A stretch of DNA of 4,505 nt from a virus (taxonomy: Duplodnaviria > Heunggongvirae > Uroviricota > Caudoviricetes). The stretch lies in IMG/VR virus record IMGVR_UViG_2740892439_000011. One strand, 5' to 3'. Shown piece by piece: positions 1-4,505 of the stretch. The notes under the pieces are model-generated. The model saw nothing but the letters and a program-made list of their open reading frames with translations, searched no databases and was not told the origin of the DNA. The stretch's first letter is position 1. Each line of letters begins with the position of its first letter. The position numbers and the translations under genes were made by a program.

Positions 1-222
1 CCAAAAGTCCTTTTGAACATATAGGAATATATTAGAGCATGAATGTGTGCAATGCATAAAAGAAAAAGCTACCGCAAGGCGACTCCACCCACAGATAGCT
101 CTTAATTGATTGTTTGTAAAAAATAATACATTAATTATCTTCTGTGTAAAGAGGGAAACAGCCTTAGGGTAAGGGACACGAGTTGGGGGGATTGGTGAAA
201 TTTGCGTTGAGGATAAAACGAT

Positions 223-250
223 TTGCGGGAAAAGGATAGTTAAGTAGAAT
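223..250 (+). promoter_or_regulatory. Candidate sigma70 promoter for the hok/mok mRNA
   Basis: TTGCGG (223-228), 16-nt spacer, TAGAAT (245-250); predicted start near 257, just upstream of a hairpin at 262-282 (CTTGAGGC/GCCTCGGG). Consensus match only. Confidence 0.2.
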
Positions 251-368
251 TGCTGCGGGTGCTTGAGGCTGTCTGCCTCGGGCATGAACACCAAAGGCAG
301 ATAGAGAAAAGCCCCAGTTAACATTACGCGTCCGGCAAGACGCTTAACATTAATCTGAGGCCACATCT

Positions 369-617
369 ATGCTTTGCATACGTAGATTAGCCTCTTACCG
401 ACCAAAAGGTCAAGGAGAAGCAGGCTATGAAGCAGCAAAAGGCGATGTTAATCACCCTGATCGTCATCTGTTTAACCGTTATAGTGACGGTACTGGTAAC
501 GAGGAAAGACCTCTGCGAGGTACGAATCCGAACCGACCAGACGGAGGTCGCTGTCTTCACAGCTTACGAACTTGGGGAGTAAGAGGACCAGCGGGGAGAA
601 ATCCCCGCAACCTCTGA
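369..617 (+). CDS. mok: mok-like overlapping reading frame (modulator of killing) spanning hok in another frame
   Basis: 82-codon ORF starting at ATG 369 with GAGG 8 nt upstream (357-360); begins 58 nt upstream of hok and overlaps all of it in a different frame, as mok does in hok/sok loci. The protein sequence itself is uninformative; the call rests on arrangement. Confidence 0.35.
   Translation: MLCIRRLASYRPKGQGEAGYEAAKGDVNHPDRHLFNRYSDGTGNEERPLRGTNPNRPDGGRCLHSLRTWGVRGPAGRNPRNL
384..413 (-). promoter_or_regulatory. sok: Candidate antisense (sok-like) promoter
   Basis: On the minus strand: TTGACC (complement of 408-413), 18-nt spacer, TAATCT (complement of 384-389). A transcript from about 377 running leftward would be complementary to the mok SD and start codon (357-371). 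A palindromic hairpin GCGTC-CGGCAA-GACGC (328-343) lies downstream on that strand but has no U-tract. Confidence 0.2.
427..582 (+). CDS. hok: Hok-family type I toxin (host-killing small membrane protein), closest in my recollection to HokD/Gef
   Basis: ATG 427 to TAA 580-582, 51 aa, missed by the ORF track because of its size. Translation: MKQQKAMLITLIVICLTVIVTVLVTRKDLCEVRIRTDQTEVAVFTAYELGE. Hydrophobic N-terminal helix followed by the conserved Hok motif (TRKDLCEVRIR...EVAVF...AYE). AGGAG SD at 413-417, 9 nt upstream. Confidence 0.8.
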   Translation: MKQQKAMLITLIVICLTVIVTVLVTRKDLCEVRIRTDQTEVAVFTAYELGE

Positions 618-1045
618 TGTATTATGCATCCTCAACGCAGCCACAGTTAACCTGATTGGCGGGTTTATTTCATCTGTAAATATTTTTATAAAAATAATGC
701 CCACGCACAGCATAAAACAAAAAGTATTACAGATAAAAATGGAACGTAATGTGCAGATTTGTTGTTTTCCATATTTACTCACCTTAATATGATTAATCCT
801 GATAGGGTTGTTATTTCAGCGGTTTTCAAATGAGATATTATGGTGATCTGACAAATTTGCATAACATTAAAATTTAATTTGTTTAACCGCTTTTAATAAT
901 AAGCGTTGTTTGTATCCCAGCAATCTGTTGTTTGGTTTTTATTCCATTAAGGTGGGGGCTTTACACTGGAACCAGTTTATTTATACTTTATACGTCAGCC
1001 TGAACAACTGGCATCTGCTGCACTGCGCCATCGAGAGATTGAGAA

Positions 1046-1644
1046 ATGGCGCATATACAACTGGTCAAACAAACTTCTTCTGGTTTACTTCTCCCGGCGA
1101 CGCCGGAGAGTTGCGATTTTCTGCATCAAATCAAAATAGGTGAGTGGATACACGCAGACTTTAAGCGTGTGCGTAACTACGCATTCCACAAGCGTTTTTT
1201 CAAACTCCTGCAACTGGGATTCGATTACTGGACTCCGGTCGGTGGGGCGATCACGCCTCGCGAACGAGAACTGCTGTCTGGTTTCGTTGATTACCTGTGC
1301 GAATCAGTTGGTCGGGAACACACGCCAGCCTGAGTGATGCCGCAGAGCAATACCTTAACACCGTTGCGACTCGTAGAACCCGGGATACGGCGTTGCTAAA
1401 GTCGTTTGAGGCTTTCCGCGAGTGGGTAACCATTCAGGCCGGATTTTACACCGAGCATATTTATCCGGACGGTAGCCGTGGGCGTCGGGCAAAATCCATC
1501 GCTTTTGCGAATATGGACGAAGTCGAGTTTCAGCAGGTTTATAAATCTGTACTGAATGTGCTGTGGAACTGGATTCTGTTCCGTAAATTCTCCTCTCAGG
1601 AGGAAGTTGAAAATGTGGCCGCACAACTACTGGAGTTTGCGTAA
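1046..1644 (+). pseudogene. DUF1367-like prophage protein (recalled as YdfU-like), interrupted by a frameshift near 1310-1333
   Basis: Frame-2 ORF 1046..1333 (MAHIQLVKQTSSGLLLPATPESCDF...) stops at TGA 1331-1333. The continuation (…SLSDAAEQYLNTVATRRTRDTALLKSFEAFREW… to TAA 1642-1644) is open in frame 1 from 1297. Together they are the size of one gene, and the second half ends in a TAATG overlap with the next gene. No slippery heptamer at the junction. Confidence 0.5.
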
Positions 1645-1934
1645 TGGTGAATTTACGTAAAGCGGCTAAAGGCCAGATGTGCCAGATCAGAATCCCTGGC
1701 TACTACAATCACAATCCCGAAACCTCTGTGCTGGCGCATTACAGGCTGGCGGGGACGTGCGGAACAGCGACAAAACCACATGATATGCAGGCGGCGATAG
1801 CCTGTAGCTCATGCCACGATCTAATCGACGGGCGGGTAAAAACCAGCGATTACACCAAAGAAGAATTGCGCCTGATGCATGCTGAAGGGGTTTTTCGCAC
1901 ACAAGAAATCTGGAGAAAGAAAGGTCATTTATGA
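1644..1934 (+). CDS. Small Cys-rich prophage protein, YbcO/DUF1364-like putative zinc-binding nuclease
   Basis: 96 aa; ATG 1644 overlaps the upstream stop (TAATG); contains C13, C39, C54-S-S-C57-H58. Family recalled from memory of the DLP12 YbcO class, not verified. Confidence 0.65.
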   Translation: MVNLRKAAKGQMCQIRIPGYYNHNPETSVLAHYRLAGTCGTATKPHDMQAAIACSSCHDLIDGRVKTSDYTKEELRLMHAEGVFRTQEIWRKKGHL

Positions 1935-2473
1935 TTTACCCAACGAATACAGGAAAAAGCGGAGAACACCTTCGCCTCACCACGCTGGAAAGTGTCTGGA
2001 TTCAGGGAAAACTACGTATGTGGGGGCGCTGGTCGTATATTGGCGGTGGCAGGTCAGGGAATATGTTCAATCAGTTGTTGGCATCCAAAAAACTGACGAA
2101 AACAGCCATTAATGAAGCCCTGCGCAGAATGAAAAAAGCGGGAATAGAGAAAGCTGAGCTGGAAGCGTTTTTGCGAGAGATGATCAACGGCAAGCAAAAG
2201 AGCTGGCTGGCGCATTGTACTGATGCAGAGGCGTTATGTATTGATCGAGTCATAAGTGAGGTGCTGGCAGAGCATCCAGGATTGATTTGCATTCTCCGGC
2301 AACGCTATGAAGGGCGGGGGATGACTAAGCGCAAAATGGCTGAATTGCTAAATGATGCACACCCAGAGTGGTGTTTTAGCACATGCGAAAAACGGATTGC
2401 TAATTGGTTAGCTGTTGCTGAGTATGCCCTACATATTCCCATGCGTGAATCATTTGCTGAGAAAATGGCTTGA
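1931..2473 (+). CDS. Q: Late-gene antiterminator Q (non-lambda Q family)
   Basis: 180 aa; ATG 1931 overlaps the upstream stop (ATGA); followed by terminator, tRNA cluster and lysis cassette, the canonical Q position. The true start could be internal; the overlap favours 1931. Confidence 0.75.
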   Translation: MIYPTNTGKSGEHLRLTTLESVWIQGKLRMWGRWSYIGGGRSGNMFNQLLASKKLTKTAINEALRRMKKAGIEKAELEAFLREMINGKQKSWLAHCTDAEALCIDRVISEVLAEHPGLICILRQRYEGRGMTKRKMAELLNDAHPEWCFSTCEKRIANWLAVAEYALHIPMRESFAEKMA

Positions 2474-2556
2474 TTTCTTACGTATAAACTGCTTCAATTT
2501 TGCTATGCTTCGCAAAGCTGTATCGCGAGGCGAACCAAGCGCATGAACTTTACCAG

Positions 2557-2585
2557 AACCCGCCATTGAGCGGGTTTTGTTGTTT
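2557..2585 (+). terminator. Rho-independent terminator, probably tR'
   Basis: AACCCGC (2557-2563), loop CATTGA, GCGGGTT (2570-2576), continuing into TTTTGTTGTTT (to 2585). Lies 84 nt after the Q stop and before the tRNAs. Confidence 0.6.
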
Positions 2586-2619
2586 CTGGGGGGGCATTTC
2601 GTTAAATGAAGCTGTGTTG

Positions 2620-2667
2620 TGCGCAATTAGCTAATAACACGAATCGTGAATGTATATAATGCGCTTG
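2620..2667 (+). promoter_or_regulatory. Candidate promoter upstream of the tRNA cluster
   Basis: Perfect TATAAT at 2655-2660 followed by GCGC (2661-2664), 62 nt upstream of the first tRNA; AT-rich upstream region but no good -35 hexamer. Confidence 0.3.
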
Positions 2668-2728
2668 TTCCTTCGATGGTGTATTTGAATAACGGATTAC
2701 TGAATACAGCTATCCCATTAAGGGAACA

Positions 2729-2802
2729 CCGCCATCTGCTCATCGGGAAGAGCCGACCATCATTTAAGTGGTAGGTGTGAGGTTCGATACCTCGGTGGCG
2801 GT
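2729..2802 (+). tRNA. Aberrant tRNA-like element, possibly a pseudo- or chimeric tRNA; best fold gives anticodon UUU (Lys-like)
   Basis: Hand fold: acceptor CCGCCAT (2729-2735) pairs with GTGGCGG (2795-2801); canonical T-arm TGAGG-TTCGATA-CCTCG (2778-2794); anticodon stem ACCAT/GTGGT with loop CATTTAA (2761-2767). Non-canonical points: C at position 8, A at position 33, one extra nucleotide between the D and anticodon arms, no encoded CCA. Confidence 0.4.
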
Positions 2803-2807
2803 TCTGT

Positions 2808-2883
<76 letters not shown>

Positions 2884-2886
2884 TAT

Positions 2887-2961
<75 letters not shown>

Positions 2962-2970
2962 GCATTTGAA

Positions 2971-2982
2971 ATAAGTCTTATT
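2971..2982. repeat. Copy 1 of exact 12-mer ATAAGTCTTATT (inverted-repeat arms ATAAG/CTTAT)
   Basis: Exact match to 3484-3495, read directly from the sequence; sits immediately after the tRNA-Gly 3' end. Confidence 0.5.
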
Positions 2983-3236
2983 GTATTGCAGCACTGGCGT
3001 ATTTTTATTACGTGGGAGCAGGTTGTTTCGAAAAAGTATTCTGTTCTCTGGCTATGATTTGAGGCCAGGTGTAGCCTCAGTGCTGATTTTTTTACGGCAG
3101 CAGAATGGTGCATTATCGGTGGAGATTTTGTATTTCCTGGCAGGGCCGGTGATGTGCCATTCCGATGTTGTAAACATCGCTAAAAATGACATTGAGATTA
3201 ATCATATACTAAGCAAAACCTGGAAATACATCCTTT

Positions 3237-3262
3237 ACCGCCTCCACCGGGCGGTTTTTTTT
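3237..3262 (+). terminator. Strong rho-independent terminator
   Basis: CCGCC (3238-3242), loop TCCACCG, GGCGG (3250-3254), followed by eight T (3255-3262). Confidence 0.75.
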
Positions 3263-3483
3263 ATTCTGAACCCTAAAAAAAGAAACACGGACACTGATAA
3301 TGCCCGTGTGGCAATGCCATGTAAGTTAGCGATGAATATGGCGCAAAAAAAAGCGCGGCCGTCGGATTAACGCCGCGGGACAAAGTCCATGAAGACTCAT
3401 AAGTATTGGCCCCCTTCTGGGGACATGTTCATACTACTAAGCTTCAGAAGTGGTTTAAATCATCAAATTAACCTTAATTTTCG

Positions 3484-3495
3484 ATAAGTCTTATT
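3484..3495. repeat. Copy 2 of exact 12-mer ATAAGTCTTATT
   Basis: Exact match to 2971-2982; lies about 150 nt upstream of the holin start. Confidence 0.5.
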
Positions 3496-3587
3496 TCATT
3501 TCTTTGCGCCACATCTGGCGCGCATCAAATAACGCCACGCAAAGGGCATCTGCGGATGCCGGTGCTTTTGACGGGGTGTTTTTTACG

Positions 3588-3611
3588 GGCCGCTGGTGGC
3601 CATTTTTTGTT
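3588..3611 (+). terminator. Weak terminator-like hairpin just upstream of the holin
   Basis: GGCC (3588-3591), loop GCTGGT, GGCC (3598-3601), then A and TTTTTTGTTT (3603-3611). Short stem, so low confidence. Confidence 0.3.
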
Positions 3612-3648
3612 TCCATTACACAGCGCCCGCATCTGCGAGGTGGGGGTT

Positions 3649-3864
3649 ATGAAATCCATGGATAAGTTAACAACGGGTGTCGCCTATGGCACCTCCGCAG
3701 GCAGTGCTGGCTACTGGTTTTTACAGTTGCTCGATAGAGTAACTCCGTCACAGTGGGCTGCAATCGGTGTGCTGGGTAGTCTGGTTTTTGGCCTGCTGAC
3801 GTACCTGACAAACCTTTATTTCAAGATTAAAGAAGATAAGCGCAAGGCTGCGAGAGGTGAATAA
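3649..3864 (+). CDS. S: Class II pinholin/antiholin, S21-like, with dual start (71- and 68-residue forms)
   Basis: [74 protein letters not shown] at 3649 and second in-frame ATG at 3658 (Met-Lys-Ser-Met dual-start motif); GAGGTGGGGG SD at 3637-3646; two transmembrane segments, the first Gly/Ala-rich; charged C-terminus. Recalled as very close to phage 21 S. The track ORF from 3556 is an untranslated in-frame extension. Confidence 0.9.
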   Translation: MKSMDKLTTGVAYGTSAGSAGYWFLQLLDRVTPSQWAAIGVLGSLVFGLLTYLTNLYFKIKEDKRKAARGE

Positions 3865-4361
3865 TGCCTCCATCATTACGAAAAGCCGTTGCTGCTGCTA
3901 TTGGTGGCGGAGCAATTGCTATAGCATCGGTGTTAATCACTGGCCCAAGTGGTAACGATGGTCTGGAAGGTGTCAGCTACATACCATACAAAGATATTGT
4001 TGGTGTATGGACTGTATGTCACGGGCATACAGGAAAAGACATCATGCTCGGTAAAACGTATACCAAAGCAGAATGCAAAGCACTCTTGAATAAAGACCTT
4101 GCCACTGTCGCCAGACAAATTAACCCGTACATCAAAGTCGATATACCGGAAACAACGCGCGGCGCTCTTTACTCATTCGTTTACAACGTGGGTGCTGGCA
4201 ATTTCAGAACATCGACGCTTCTTCGCAAAATAAACCAGGGCGATATCAAAGGCGCATGTGATCAGCTACGTCGCTGGACATATGCTGGCGGTAAGCAATG
4301 GAAAGGTCTCATGACTCGTCGTGAGATTGAGCGTGAAATCTGTTTGTGGGGTCAGCAATGA
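3864..4361 (+). CDS. R: SAR endolysin (T4-lysozyme-like muramidase, GH24) with N-terminal signal-anchor-release domain
   Basis: 165 aa. N-terminal weakly hydrophobic Gly/Ala-rich segment [20 protein letters not shown]; catalytic triad positions E35, D44, T50 present by my residue count; ATG 3864 overlaps the holin stop (TAATG). Recalled as near-identical to phage 21 R. Confidence 0.95.
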   Translation: MPPSLRKAVAAAIGGGAIAIASVLITGPSGNDGLEGVSYIPYKDIVGVWTVCHGHTGKDIMLGKTYTKAECKALLNKDLATVARQINPYIKVDIPETTRGALYSFVYNVGAGNFRTSTLLRKINQGDIKGACDQLRRWTYAGGKQWKGLMTRREIEREICLWGQQ

Positions 4362-4505
4362 ACAGAGTAACCGCGATTATCTCCGCTCTGGTTATCTGCA
4401 TCATCGTCTGCCTGTCATGGGCTGTTAATCATTACCGTGATAACGCCATTACCTACAAAGCCCAGCGCGACAAAAATGCCAGAGAACTGAAGCTGGCGAA
4501 CGCGG
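4358..4505 (+). CDS. Rz: Rz-like i-spanin, N-terminal part (runs off the window end)
   Basis: ATG 4358 overlaps the endolysin stop (ATGA). Translation [48 protein letters not shown]: N-terminal transmembrane helix then a charged helical region; canonical position after R. Not in the ORF track because there is no stop in the window. Confidence 0.8.
   Translation, partial: MNRVTAIISALVICIIVCLSWAVNHYRDNAITYKAQRDKNARELKLANA

Noticed and set aside
1-57. Minus-strand open frame running off the left edge from an ATG at 57-55
   Set aside because: No SD, only 19 codons visible, and cannot be evaluated without sequence beyond the window.
564-1143. ORFs 564..782 (minus, GTG start) and 910..1143 (plus) in the AT-rich spacer
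   Set aside because: No SD, AT-rich chance frames, and each overlaps a neighbouring supported feature.
1140-2112. + strand ORFs 1140..1337 and 1879..2112 in alternative frames
   Set aside because: They overlap the DUF1367-like and DUF1364/Q genes out of frame and lack their own start context.
1251-2292. Minus-strand ORFs 1251..1433, 1355..1624, 1396..1626, 1687..1902 and 2071..2292
   Set aside because: Each lies entirely inside a better-supported + strand gene (DUF1367-like, DUF1364-like, Q); shadow frames.
2611-2625. GU-rich run GCTGTGTTGTGCGC resembling the GcvB seed (CA-rich on the other strand)
   Set aside because: Short, low-complexity and on an uncertain strand; chance occurrence cannot be excluded from sequence alone.
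2981-3370. 129-aa ORF, the longest frame in the tRNA-to-holin gap
   Set aside because: Starts at TTG with no SD, has low-complexity composition, and reads through the strong terminator at 3237-3262; most likely a chance open frame in non-coding DNA.
3389-3487. 32-codon ATG ORF in the non-coding slot
   Set aside because: Weak ribosome-binding context and no recognisable features; kept only as a remote micro-protein possibility within the non-coding-slot finding.
3556-3648. N-terminal extension of the holin ORF (track start at 3556)
   Set aside because: The SD and the conserved dual-start motif sit at 3637-3660; the upstream in-frame stretch is GC-rich hairpin sequence, not a plausible signal peptide.
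2962-3648. Shiga toxin or other toxin cargo at the Q-tRNA-S position
   Set aside because: Looked for A/B-subunit-sized ORFs on both strands; none present. No CRISPR array, integrase or transposase is visible anywhere in the window.
3933-4118. Minus-strand 61-aa ORF inside the endolysin gene
   Set aside because: Antisense shadow of a confidently identified endolysin.

Overview
This window reads as a late-regulatory and lysis segment of a lambdoid (phage 21-like) prophage, all on the + strand. No coherent multi-gene system that looks new is visible; the unexplained material is non-coding. Family names below are recognised from memory of the translations, not from any search.

Gene order, left to right:
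- an AT-poor leader followed by a hok-family type I toxin gene (427..582) with an overlapping mok-like frame;
- an AT-rich spacer (about 620..1045) with no convincing gene;
- a DUF1367-like gene broken by a frameshift (1046..1644);
- a small Cys-rich YbcO/DUF1364-like protein (1644..1934);
- a Q-type late antiterminator (1931..2473);
- an intrinsic terminator (2557..2585), then a tight cluster of three tRNA-like genes (2729..2961), the first of them aberrant;
- about 690 bp of non-coding DNA with a strong terminator and several perfect hairpins (2962..3648);
- the lysis cassette: a dual-start S21-like pinholin (3649..3864), a SAR endolysin (3864..4361) and the start of Rz (4358 to the window edge).

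Stop/start overlaps (TAATG at 1642-1646, ATGA at 1931-1934, TAATG at 3862-3866, ATGA at 4358-4361) indicate translational coupling. The most interesting points are the non-coding slot between the tRNAs and the holin (where Stx phages carry stx), the aberrant first tRNA, and the apparently intact hok/mok locus.
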